From a virus (Duplodnaviria; Caudoviricetes), in IMG/VR virus record IMGVR_UViG_3300031949_000035, positions 1 to 61,516 of that record: 61,516 nt of DNA. One strand, 5' to 3'. Made by a program: the position numbers and the translations under genes. Each line of letters starts with the position of its first letter. The stretch's first letter is position 1. The notes under the pieces are model-generated. The model did not search any database. It was not told where the DNA came from and was given only the letters and a program-made list of their open reading frames with translations. This document shows, one piece after another, positions 30,502 through 38,778 of this stretch.

Positions 30502-31107
30502 ATAGCGCTGATGAGCCTGACGGGTATCAACAAGGTGCTTAAGAAAATCTTTGCCGTACTGGGTGATGTCAATTCGGTCTGCAACAAACGTAACAAGGTT
30601 GCTATTGAGTGGATACGAAAACCATTCCTCGAATTTCCTTCCCCCGTGAAGGTCTGGATATTCCTTCTGGGCCTGCTCGAAGGTGGCGTTGGCTTCTTGC
30701 CTTGTTATTCCGTTTTTTGTGCCGGAAATTTGAATTAGGAGCGCGACTTGACTACCAAAAATAGTGTGGGCAATGTTGTTGAACTCAAACTCAATTCGTG
30801 TGATTGCGAAAACACGAACAAGGGCGGCTATTTTTTCGCTATCTGTCGCCAAGCCAAGAGAGTGAATTTGTTTATCAACAAACTGCTCTCTCTCCAATGC
30901 GGTAGGAGACATCGGGTGTTTCATGATCTCTACGAACGGCAGAGGAGCGGGTTGCAACTCAGCCCCTTCTTGAGAGCGCTCGAAGGAAACGCTGTCTTTG
31001 GTGGCACTGGTAATGCCAGCGATCTTTTTAACTATCGCGGGCTTGAATTCTCGAATGGCGACCAAGCCAAGGAGAAGGGCTACTGCGGGCCAAATAAATA
31101 TGTCCAT
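30496..31107 (-). CDS. Cassette gene in canonical orientation; N-terminal TM plus winged-helix-like C-terminus
   Basis: 203 aa; IFGSQ..LL and IT.YG.DFL; ends GTTAGCCATA / TATGGCTAAC. Confidence 0.8.
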   Translation of the reverse strand: MDIFIWPAVALLLGLVAIREFKPAIVKKIAGITSATKDSVSFERSQEGAELQPAPLPFVEIMKHPMSPTALEREQFVDKQIHSLGLATDSEKIAALVRVFAITRIEFEFNNIAHTIFGSQVALLIQISGTKNGITRQEANATFEQAQKEYPDLHGGRKFEEWFSYPLNSNLVTFVADRIDITQYGKDFLKHLVDTRQAHQRYG

Positions 31108-31115
31108 ATATGTAT

Positions 31116-31178
31116 GGCTAACGTGGAGTTAACCGGCTCCGCGCTTTTGCGGAGTCCGGGTTGAACGGCGGGTTATGC
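31116..31178 (-). other. attC-like site 3
   Basis: GGCTAAC...GTTATGC hairpin. Confidence 0.9.
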
Positions 31179-31202
31179 CCCGTCTTAAATAAGGAGATAA
31201 AT

Positions 31203-31490
31203 ATGAGTAAGCCATACCCGGCACTATGCAAGGATTGCCGGCATGCAGTGCCGGAAGTGGGGAACGAGTGGAATTTGAGATGCCATCACCCAACTGTAAA
31301 TGCGCGTGATTCGTGGACACTGGCCTGTGGAAAAGGAAATGGCTCTGCTTGCCATGCGGAGCGCGAAAAGGGGTTTTTCTCCGCGTGTGGTATGAGTGGG
31401 AGGTTGTGGGTGGCGAAGGGGCATAACGCCGTGTTGAGCGGCGCGGGCGATTTTTGCCCGGTCGGTGTCGATCCGTTGGTTATAGAATAG
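31203..31490 (+). CDS. Cys-rich cassette protein reading through attC 4
   Basis: AGGAG SD; CKDCRH; ends GTTATGCCCC / GGGGCATAAC. Confidence 0.7.
   Translation: MSKPYPALCKDCRHAVPEVGNEWNLRCHHPTVNARDSWTLACGKGNGSACHAEREKGFFSACGMSGRLWVAKGHNAVLSGAGDFCPVGVDPLVIE
31421..31485 (-). other. attC-like site 4 (degenerate)
   Basis: GCATAAC...GTTATAG, imperfect stem. Confidence 0.65.
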
Positions 31491-31554
31491 GTTTCAATGA
31501 TCTATTATCAGGACCAACACATATTATTAGGGGTGCGCCCCGGGGAGGAATGTA

Positions 31555-31812
31555 ATGGGAATGTTTGACTATGTACATTTTGAAATGGATTGCCCAAAGT
31601 GCAACGCCAAAATAACAGACTTTCAATCGAAGGATAAAACTTGCAAAATGGAAACAATAGAGCCTGACTCGCTAATTAGCTTCTACAGTTCGTGTAAATG
31701 TGGAGCGTGGGTTGAGTTTCGCAGGCCAAGGCCAAAAATATCGCCGCTACGAGATACCGCTCTTACGCCGGATGAAGTGGCAGCTATGGGGTTCGTGATG
31801 GATGTGGTCTGA
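31555..31812 (+). CDS. Zinc-ribbon hypothetical protein
   Basis: MGMFD..CPKC....FQSKD phage motif. Confidence 0.75.
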   Translation: MGMFDYVHFEMDCPKCNAKITDFQSKDKTCKMETIEPDSLISFYSSCKCGAWVEFRRPRPKISPLRDTALTPDEVAAMGFVMDVV

Positions 31813-31837
31813 AATTCAAACAACGGAAGGGACTCGA

Positions 31838-32293
31838 ATGAAACTCACGGAACATTTTACCGTAGAAGAAATGACACATTCCGAGGCGGCAATCAGGCGG
31901 GGGCTTGACAACGCTTGCCCGGATGATTTGAAGGCAAATATGCAGCGGGTAGCTGATGCGCTTGAGGTAATCCGCGCCCACTACAACGCACCAATCCACG
32001 TTACAAGCTGCTATCGAGCGCCGGAGGTAAACAAGGCCGTGGGCGGTTCTCCGACAAGCGCCCACCGCTTTGCAAGCGCTGCGGACTTTGAAGTTTCGGG
32101 TGCTCAAAATATTGATGTATGCCGCAAAATCGCTGAACTACTGCCGGATTTCGACCAGATCATATATGAGTTTGGCCCTGCCGGCTGGGTGCATCTCGGA
32201 TTCACAGATAAAACTCCGAGAAAACAGTTGCTTTCCGCGGTCAAACGTAATGGCAAAACCGTACGTACTCCGCTCACGGACGCCAAATTCTAA
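31838..32293 (+). CDS. Peptidase M15A family endolysin candidate
   Basis: LTEHF..EEM..S, TS.YR...N.AVGG..TSAH....AAD, FDQ.IYE, WVH. Confidence 0.9.
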   Translation: MKLTEHFTVEEMTHSEAAIRRGLDNACPDDLKANMQRVADALEVIRAHYNAPIHVTSCYRAPEVNKAVGGSPTSAHRFASAADFEVSGAQNIDVCRKIAELLPDFDQIIYEFGPAGWVHLGFTDKTPRKQLLSAVKRNGKTVRTPLTDAKF

Positions 32294-32311
32294 TTTTAAG
32301 GAGGGATAAAA

Positions 32312-32569
32312 ATGATCGAACTTGGGGACAGAGTGAAGGACAAAATTTCAGGACTCAAAGGGATTGTGGTCGGCATTTCTAACTATTTATATGGATGTAA
32401 GAGGGTAAGCATCCAGCCGGAAGAGGCAAAAGATGGCAAGCCTGCGGAGTGGTACACTGTGGATGAACCTCAGCTTGAAATTGTAAAAAAGTCTGTGGTT
32501 TCTGGTAGAGATACACCTACACATGGACCAAGGGAGAATATACAACATAGGAAAGATGCAAGAAGATAA
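32312..32569 (+). CDS. Hypothetical SH3-like protein
   Basis: LGDRVKD.ISG..GIV.....LYGC phage motif. Confidence 0.75.
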   Translation: MIELGDRVKDKISGLKGIVVGISNYLYGCKRVSIQPEEAKDGKPAEWYTVDEPQLEIVKKSVVSGRDTPTHGPRENIQHRKDARR

Positions 32570-32619
32570 CGTTTAATTGAGGCGCGGCGTAGCCGTCGCG
32601 CTCGAATGATGGGTTGGGC
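32564..32619 (-). other. attC-like site 5
   Basis: AGATAAC...GTTGGGC hairpin. Confidence 0.85.
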
Positions 32620-32645
32620 GGAACGTAACTACGAAGAAAGGAAGC

Positions 32646-32954
32646 ATGATGGCAGGACTGATACCAGAGACAATTACCAGATTACAGGCTATTGCGTTTG
32701 TGCGAGACGCCGAACTTGAAGCGATAGGGCGCGACCGAATCATTCGCGCAAGCGCCGAACAGATGGCCGAACAAGCGTTGCACAAGATGCTGCGCGACTG
32801 CATCAAGACTGAAGGCGATTATATGGGCTACCAAGGACAGACGTTGCGCCTTGATGCGTACGTGCTAGCACCAGATGAACTGCATAAGATGCTCGCGGAA
32901 GCGAGAATGCAGGGAGAGCACGATGCTATGCGATGGGTGACGCCCAACGTGTAG
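32646..32954 (+). CDS. Cassette hypothetical protein
   Basis: Ends GTTGGGCG / CGCCCAAC. Confidence 0.7.
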   Translation: MMAGLIPETITRLQAIAFVRDAELEAIGRDRIIRASAEQMAEQALHKMLRDCIKTEGDYMGYQGQTLRLDAYVLAPDELHKMLAEARMQGEHDAMRWVTPNV

Positions 32955-32988
32955 GTAAGGCGCGCCGCGCTTCACCGTAAGGTTATAC
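32942..32988 (-). other. attC-like site 6 (short, internally deleted)
   Basis: GCCCAAC...GTTATAC, 47 bp. Confidence 0.65.
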
Positions 32989-33005
32989 GTCTTTTTGAGG
33001 ATAAT

Positions 33006-33290
33006 ATGAAAACATTGTGTAATTTTTGCAGCTCCCAAACATCTAATGGCAAAGGCTCCGTTGAATGCGGAAAGTCTGTGTTTGTCCGTGATGAATATGG
33101 AAATCACAAACAAGGTGCGGCGTGCATACATGACAGCGACCTGAAAGATTTTTTTATGACGAGAACCGGGCATGAAATTAGCATACACAACTTGTCATCC
33201 ACGATCGAACGGCAAAGCAATGACCTGATGAAGGCGCGGGATAAAATTACCGCACTGGAAAACAGGCTGGTAAAAGTTGGTGACGTATAA
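33006..33290 (+). CDS. Cassette hypothetical protein
   Basis: GAGG SD; ends GTTATACGTC / GACGTATAAC. Confidence 0.7.
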   Translation: MKTLCNFCSSQTSNGKGSVECGKSVFVRDEYGNHKQGAACIHDSDLKDFFMTRTGHEISIHNLSSTIERQSNDLMKARDKITALENRLVKVGDV

Positions 33291-33406
33291 CGCAAAATTA
33301 ACCAGCGGTGCGCTCACTGCACCCGAAACGGAGAAATAACATGGATAAATCACTGAACGTAAAAACCCCCGCTGGCGCACCGTCTGCGTTGAATGTAGGG
33401 TTGGGC
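33285..33406 (-). other. attC-like site 7 (long, holds RBS and ATG)
   Basis: GTATAAC..CGGTGCGC...GCGCACCG..GTTGGGC; GGAG plus ATG 33341 in the loop. Confidence 0.8.
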
Positions 33407-33547
33407 ATCGGAACTTTATTTGCTCTTGCTGGATGTTCAGGCGCTACCGGGAACATCACCGCGATCGATCCAACAGAGCGCGGATTATCGTATGCGGCCG
33501 CTGCCATTGTCACCTCCGCAGTAATTAAAGCGATATGCAACAAGTGA
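33341..33547 (+). CDS. Small putative lipoprotein starting inside attC 7
   Basis: LFALAGC lipobox-like motif. Confidence 0.55.
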   Translation: MDKSLNVKTPAGAPSALNVGLGIGTLFALAGCSGATGNITAIDPTERGLSYAAAAIVTSAVIKAICNK

Positions 33548-33650
33548 TGCCAACGCAAAGTTGAGCACCAGCCAACAGCGCGAAGGAAAACTATTAATAA
33601 TACTAAAAATGACCCCTCTGTTGGCTGTGCGCTCGAACGCCGGGTTATGC
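33548..33650 (-). other. attC-like site 8 (long)
   Basis: TGCCAAC..CAGCCAACAG...CTGTTGGCTG..GTTATGC. Confidence 0.85.
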
Positions 33651-34468
33651 CCCTCACGCTGTGGCATGGGGATTGCCTCGATTTGATGGCACAGATACCC
33701 GATGCGTCGGTAGATATGATCTTGTGCGACCTGCCCTACGGAACGACCGTCTGCAAATGGGATACGGTGATACCTTTTGAGCCGCTTTGGGCGCACTACA
33801 AACGCGTGATTAAGCCGAACGGGGCGATATTGCTCCTTGCGCAAACCCCCTTTGATAAGGTTTTGGGGGTAAGCAACCTGCCGATGTTGCGGTATGAGTG
33901 GATATGGGAAAAAACGGCGGCCACCGGCCACCTGAACGCCAAGAAGATGCCGATGAAGGCGCACGAGAACGTCTTGGTGTTCTACTCTCAGTTGCCGAAG
34001 TACAGACCGCAGAAAACAACAGGGCATAAACCCGTGAACAGTTACACAAAACACCAAGACGACGGCGAATGCTACGGAGCAACCATGATTGGTATCAGTG
34101 GCGGTGGAGCGACTGACCGCTACCCTCGGAGCGTATTGCAGTTTCAGAGCGACAAGCAAACCTGCAGCCTTCACCCAACTCAGAAGCCTCTGGCACTGAT
34201 TGAGTACATGATCCGCACCTACACTGACGGAGGCGAGACGGTTTTGGATAATTGTATGGGTAGCGGAACTACGGGCATCGCGTGCCTGAATACAGGGCGC
34301 AACTTCATCGGAATAGAAAAAGACCCAAAATACTTTGAGATTGCACGGAATAGGATTGAGGGGCATAACGTTCAAATTGAGGGGCAGGCCGCTCTGGCCT
34401 GTCCCTCTCGAATGCAGGGTTGGGCTCTGCGAAAAGTGAGAAATGAAACTTATAATGAACAGATTTAA
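33647..34468 (+). CDS. N4-C/N6-A DNA methyltransferase (beta class), cassette
   Basis: GDCL, DLPY, HPTQKP, DNCMGSGTT; ends GTTATGCCCCTCA / TGAGGGGCATAAC; reads through attC 9. Confidence 0.92.
   Translation: MPLTLWHGDCLDLMAQIPDASVDMILCDLPYGTTVCKWDTVIPFEPLWAHYKRVIKPNGAILLLAQTPFDKVLGVSNLPMLRYEWIWEKTAATGHLNAKKMPMKAHENVLVFYSQLPKYRPQKTTGHKPVNSYTKHQDDGECYGATMIGISGGGATDRYPRSVLQFQSDKQTCSLHPTQKPLALIEYMIRTYTDGGETVLDNCMGSGTTGIACLNTGRNFIGIEKDPKYFEIARNRIEGHNVQIEGQAALACPSRMQGWALRKVRNETYNEQI
34363..34425 (-). other. attC-like site 9
   Basis: GCATAAC...CAGGCC-GCTCT-GGCCTG...GTTGGGC. Confidence 0.9.
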
Positions 34469-34525
34469 CGATGAAGACGACGGATGGGATTACGATCCAT
34501 CCATACCTGATGATGGGTGGGGAAA

Positions 34526-35023
34526 ATGAAAACCCCCGCCAAACTTAAACAAGAATCTCGATGGGTGGAATCTGATGTAGTTTACACTCCAGACCATATT
34601 GCTGAGTGGATAGTAAACTATTTTAAACCACAAGGTTTATGCCTTGACCCTTGTAAAGGTGGTGGAGCATTTTATAATAAATTCCCCGGTGAAAAGGACT
34701 GGTGCGAAATCAGAGATGGTAGGAACTTTTTTGACCATACAACAAAGGCAATCTGGATTATCACAAACCCGCCATTTACAAATATAGAGCGATTCATGGA
34801 ACATTCATTTTCTCTGGCCGATAATGTGGTTTTCTTATTGCCTGCACATAAAACATTTTCTTCATGGGCGCGAATCCGGCTCATAGAAGCCTATGGCGGG
34901 ATTGTAACAATCTTATTGGTAAAAGGTCAGCAGTGCCAATTCCCTTTCAGATACCCTTATGGAGTATTTCACTTCCAGAAAGGATATAATGGCGGCACAC
35001 TGATACAGAACTGTGAAGCCTAA
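34526..35023 (+). CDS. Small amino-methyltransferase (NPPF), cassette
   Basis: YTP, LDPCKGGGAF, ITNPPF. Confidence 0.85.
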   Translation: MKTPAKLKQESRWVESDVVYTPDHIAEWIVNYFKPQGLCLDPCKGGGAFYNKFPGEKDWCEIRDGRNFFDHTTKAIWIITNPPFTNIERFMEHSFSLADNVVFLLPAHKTFSSWARIRLIEAYGGIVTILLVKGQQCQFPFRYPYGVFHFQKGYNGGTLIQNCEA

Positions 35024-35077
35024 CGGCAAGGTAAGAGGCTCGCCGTAGGCGAGTCCTGCTTGACCGTTAGGTTAGGC
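35018..35077 (-). other. attC-like site 10
   Basis: GCCTAAC...CTCGCC-GTA-GGCGAG...GTTAGGC. Confidence 0.9.
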
Positions 35078-35098
35078 TGGTTTTTATTGGAGACGAAG

Positions 35099-35281
35099 AT
35101 GTGAAAAGAAATACGCATAGAAATTTGCTGGGGATGGATAGATTGGATTTGCTCCAAAAAACGCTATGGTGTACGGATTCAATCTTTCTGGATCGGAGCA
35201 AGCCTGCCGATACCGAAGCGCGATTTTGATAAGCGCGAAAAGTCGATGAAGGAATGGCTAAAAACTATGCGTGATGCCTAA
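35099..35281 (+). pseudogene. Cassette ORF with TGA at codon 2
   Basis: GGAG SD, ATG-TGA, then 58 open codons (KEIRIEICWGW...MRDA) ending at the attC TAA. Confidence 0.6.
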
Positions 35282-35339
35282 CGTTTGAATTAAGGGGTAG
35301 GCCGCTTTTGGCCTGTCCCTCTTGAATGAGGGGTTCGAC
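35276..35339 (-). other. attC-like site 11
   Basis: GCCTAAC-6-ATTAAGG...CTTGAAT-5-GTTCGAC, bottom-strand layout on the + strand. Confidence 0.9.
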
Positions 35340-35361
35340 CCCGATACTACGGAGAACGGTT

Positions 35362-35733
35362 ATGGGATGGAGCATTGGCTACGACACAAACTGGAAGCGC
35401 GACATAGGCTATGGTGTACCGGCTTATTGTGACCATCCAGGCTGCAATGAAGTCATTGATCGCGGATTGAGTTATGTTTGTGGTGGTGAGCCTTTTGGTG
35501 GGGAACATGGCTGCGGTTTGTACTTTTGTGGGAAGCACACCACTTACCACGAAACGCGGGGAAGTGTTTGCGCGCCATGTGCAGATAGAAGGAAAAAGCC
35601 ATTTGAAGCCAAGCCAGACCATCCTGATTGGATAAAGTGGAAACTAACTGATGAAAGTTGGCGGCAATGGCGGGACGAGAACCCTGATGCAGTAGCGAAA
35701 TTAAAGGGGTCGAACGTAAAGTTAACCGGCTAG
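35362..35733 (+). CDS. Cys/His-rich cassette protein
   Basis: RDIGYGVPA.CDHP.C...IDRGL...CG; ends GTTCGACCCC / GGGGTCGAAC. Confidence 0.8.
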   Translation: MGWSIGYDTNWKRDIGYGVPAYCDHPGCNEVIDRGLSYVCGGEPFGGEHGCGLYFCGKHTTYHETRGSVCAPCADRRKKPFEAKPDHPDWIKWKLTDESWRQWRDENPDAVAKLKGSNVKLTG

Positions 35734-35775
35734 CCGGGCTTTATCGGCTAGTCCGAGTTGAACGCCGGGTTATGC
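35709..35775 (-). other. attC-like site 12
   Basis: GTCGAAC...CTAGCCG..CGGCTAG...GTTATGC. Confidence 0.9.
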
Positions 35776-35791
35776 CGGTTTTGAGGTAAAT

Positions 35792-36495
35792 ATGAAATCA
35801 ATTGCTGGAACACTTGCTGCACCATTTCCGTATTTTGGCGGGAAAGCGAACGCTTGCGAATTGGTGTTTGGGATGGTGAAAAGATTGTTGACCGCCGCAA
35901 GCTCCCGCATCTTGGTGACGCTGGGCGGGGCATCAACCGCCAGCTCCCGCATCTTAGCGCTGGGCGGGGCGAATACATCGCGGAGTGGTTCAACCTGCTA
36001 CATGCGCGCCTTCGTGATGTGCGGGTAGCCTGCGGCGATTGGCAGCGGGTGTGCAAAGATAGCGTGACCACGCGTCACGGCTTGACGGGTATCTTTCTTG
36101 ACCCGCCATACGATAAAGGCGCGATGGACTACGGCGCTGGTGGCATGGGGCAAAATATATCATCATCGGTGAGAGAGTGGTGCGCGGATAACGGCGATGA
36201 TCGGCAATTGAGGATCGTTATTTGCGGACACGCGGGGGAACATGACGACCTACTAAAGATAGGCTGGAAACTGCACAAGTGGACGGCTCGTAAAGGGTAC
36301 GCTCTGACCGACGAAGCAAAAGAAAACTCAGCCAGCGAAACGGTGTGGGCTTCGCCGCATTGCCTGCACAAGAAAAACGAACAGGGCGGATTGTTTGATA
36401 TTTCCGACACGCCACGCGATGCTTACGAGCAAACAGACTTCATAGCCAGTGCGCTAGGGGTGGGGCATAACCAGTTATTAGACAGTTGGGAATGA
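35792..36495 (+). pseudogene. Dam/D12-class adenine methyltransferase with internal deletion and frameshift
   Basis: PFPYFGGK in one frame, IFLDPPY in another; motif I (EPF.G) region absent. Confidence 0.8.
36465..36484 (-). other. attI-like simple site at the head of array 1
   Basis: Minus strand TGTCTAAT-AACTG-GTTATGC: L box, 5-bp spacer, core; no hairpin. Confidence 0.6.
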
Positions 36496-36505
36496 TTTAA
36501 AAGTC

Positions 36506-36534
36506 TTGACATTTACTCTTTCTTATGGTATAAA
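36506..36534 (+). promoter_or_regulatory. sigma70-like promoter pointing away from the attI-like site
   Basis: TTGACA-17-TATAAA. Confidence 0.65.
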
Positions 36535-36959
36535 AGAGGTATCCCCGTGTGAAACCCCCCTTCTTACACATATCGTTAACAAATGCTCACCCCTACAAGA
36601 ATCGTGCCATTAACGTTTTAATTCTATAAGTATTTTAATTGGCTATCTAAAACAAAGATTTATATAAAAAAGCAGGTTAATCACAGAACTACCCACCGCA
36701 CGTTCCCAAAACCGGAACGCGCAATATGTATATGCTTCTGCAAAAAAACTACCATAGCCTTCTTGCCTACCACTGTAGCCGCAATATTAAAAAGAAAATT
36801 ATTGCAGGCATTGTTATAAAATAAAGAGGTTAAAATAATATTCCAAATAGTATAAAATCTATGCTTAGTTGAAAATTGGGGAGAGGTTAAAATAAGCTCC
36901 CCCCTTTTTCTATCGCCTGCCCCTGTATAAACCCCCCCCCTGTTTCCGGGGTGTGGGGG

Positions 36960-37180
36960 TGGGGGGGCGACATGGCCTGGCTGGGTAAGAGGTGGGGGCT
37001 TTGCTATGCATGGCATGGCCTGACAAGGCAAGGCTGAGTAAGAGGTCTTTGATAGACATGGCCTGGGGGACTATGTGCATGGCCTGGGGGGTAAGAGGTG
37101 TGCTTTGTGAGCTGATAGGCTAGGCATGGCCAGGGAGGGGAGGAAAAAGTTGATAGGTAGGTATGGGTAGGGGGGAGAAA
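36960..37180. repeat. G-rich interspersed short repeats downstream of terS (candidate packaging/terminus region)
   Basis: CATGGCC x5, GTAAGAGGT x3, GATAG x3. Confidence 0.7.
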
Positions 37181-37210
37181 GTGCGTTGTGGGGCATCCTG
37201 GAAGTTTTCC

Positions 37211-37759
37211 CTACTCCTCTGCCCCATCCGGCTGGGGCAGGTCTTGCTCCTCTATGGCCGTGCCGATGCTAATGTTAAGTGGCTCAAAAGGAGCTGTAAC
37301 TTGTTGTTTTTTCAGGCTTATCAGCATCTCAGAAAAGCTTTGGACTTGGACATTAGCCGTGGATTCCCCCTCCTCTAGTCGGCGCATCTTAAAAAGAGAT
37401 TCCAAGACCTGCACCGCCTCCTTATACGTAATTTCTTCAGCTTTTTCCTCCAAAAGGCTTAATTTATTAAGTGCTAGGCTTAAAGTTTTAAGCTCTGTAC
37501 CCCTCAAAAAGTCGGCGCAATGTTTGCGATAATAGTCTAAATCAACTTTTGCGGGTAATTTTTCAACGCATTTTCTAATGGTGGTATGTAAACGGGAGAC
37601 GGGTACTCCTTGGGAGTCGGCGATTTCTTGGTAAGTTTTCCCTTGGGCGCGGAGGTGGAGAGCTAGGGGGAGGTCCACTTTTTTTCTTTCTAGGTTTTTT
37701 TCTGGTGCTTGGGCGTCTGGGTGCCCCTCTGCTGCGTCTTGGTTGAGTTTGATATCCAT
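37211..37759 (-). CDS. terS: Terminase small subunit-like HTH protein
   Basis: LRAQGKTYQEIA...GV HTH and RRLEEGESTANV C-terminal motif; start uncertain (ORF open to 37888). Confidence 0.65.
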   Translation of the reverse strand: MDIKLNQDAAEGHPDAQAPEKNLERKKVDLPLALHLRAQGKTYQEIADSQGVPVSRLHTTIRKCVEKLPAKVDLDYYRKHCADFLRGTELKTLSLALNKLSLLEEKAEEITYKEAVQVLESLFKMRRLEEGESTANVQVQSFSEMLISLKKQQVTAPFEPLNISIGTAIEEQDLPQPDGAEE

Positions 37760-37996
37760 GTATGGGGGGGCCTGAGATCGTGCGCTGTGGGCGATTGTAG
37801 CCCGGGTTTTTTTGGGATTTTGTAGTGTAACATTTTTGGTACTATTTTGCAAGCAGTTTTTTTGACAATTTTTGGTCTGAAGTGACATTTTTTTGGTTCA
37901 TTTTGCAACAATTTTTGGTATTTTTGGTTTTGGCTTTTGGGTGGTAGTGGGGGGAAAAGCCCTTTAAAATCAAGGAGTTACGATATTTTTAAGTTT

Positions 37997-38012
37997 TGGT
38001 ATGGGTTGTGCA
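37997..38012 (+). promoter_or_regulatory. sigma54-like -24/-12 promoter for early genes
   Basis: TGGTATGGGTTGTGCA has canonical GG-N10-GC spacing. Confidence 0.45.
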
Positions 38013-38029
38013 TACTATATATATAAGAG

Positions 38030-38063
38030 GCGGCAAAAGCCGCAACCCACGGCGGGCAGCCGG
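38030..38063 (+). repeat. Double-hairpin leader, copy 1
   Basis: GCGGCAAAAGCCGC-AACCCA-CGGCGGGCAGCCGG. Confidence 0.9.
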
Positions 38064-38084
38064 GGACTTTTACTGGAGATTAAA

Positions 38085-38339
38085 ATGAGCACAAAAATTA
38101 TTGAAAGCATTATTTTAGATGGCGGCAAGGTTCAAGGCGGTGTTTTTTTGCAGACCGCAGAAGATATTATCTCAGATCAAGTGAGCTGGGGAGACGCGGA
38201 TGGCAGCAAGAACGCTGACTTTACAACATCAGGGTACTGGATTACTACTGATGACGGACAAGATCCCATAGGAATAGATACCGATGAAGAGCTAAAAGAC
38301 GTCTGCCCAGACAGTGACTATTCCACTCATGAGGAGTAA
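38085..38339 (+). CDS. Acidic early protein
   Basis: GGAG SD; Asp/Glu rich. Confidence 0.7.
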   Translation: MSTKIIESIILDGGKVQGGVFLQTAEDIISDQVSWGDADGSKNADFTTSGYWITTDDGQDPIGIDTDEELKDVCPDSDYSTHEE

Positions 38340-38353
38340 AAAAAGGAGAAGAC

Positions 38354-38545
38354 ATGAAAACGGAAAAAATAGTGATTTTGGAATCAAACAAAGACCGCGC
38401 TTATAGCATAGTGTCTCCGTCTGAGTGTGGCCTTTGGCCCGTCTCGGCCTCATCTACCGCCGCCACTTGGGAGGGCGGCATTGCGGGTATAGCATACTAT
38501 ATGGCCACTGCTCCGGCGGGGTCTGCGGAAAGGAGTAAACGATGA
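38354..38545 (+). CDS. Hypothetical early protein
   Basis: AGGAG SD. Confidence 0.6.
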   Translation: MKTEKIVILESNKDRAYSIVSPSECGLWPVSASSTAATWEGGIAGIAYYMATAPAGSAERSKR

Positions 38546-38778
38546 TTAAAGCCGACTGGGATATGCCCTATGGGGAGAGGGGAATCGATATGGAAACTAT
38601 AGACATAGACGAAAAGTATGGGATTACATACACACTAGCGGACGGGACAGAAGTGGAGTGCCCGCCGCAAGGGGGGGTCTGGATCACAACCCCAAGACGT
38701 GAGCGGACCCAAGTTTCAGGGACCTGCGATACACCTTACCGCTACGTGCTGCTTGCACTGAAGGGGCTAGCTGAGTAG
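38542..38778 (+). CDS. Hypothetical early protein
   Basis: AGGAG SD, ATGA overlap. Confidence 0.6.
   Translation: MIKADWDMPYGERGIDMETIDIDEKYGITYTLADGTEVECPPQGGVWITTPRRERTQVSGTCDTPYRYVLLALKGLAE

Larger units (their letters stand above)
30198..36484 (-). mobile_element. Integron-like cassette array 1 (12 attC-like sites, attI-like head, no integrase)
   Basis: Regularly spaced AAC...GTT hairpins with complementary cassette ends. Confidence 0.9.

Noticed and set aside
33485-34375. 296-aa minus-strand ORF (likewise 49064-49870)
   Set aside because: These are antisense to clear methyltransferase genes, cross attC sites and have no motifs.
35099-35104. Genome-wide TGA recoding
   Set aside because: Many genes end in TGA with ATGA coupling, and long genes are intact under code 11.
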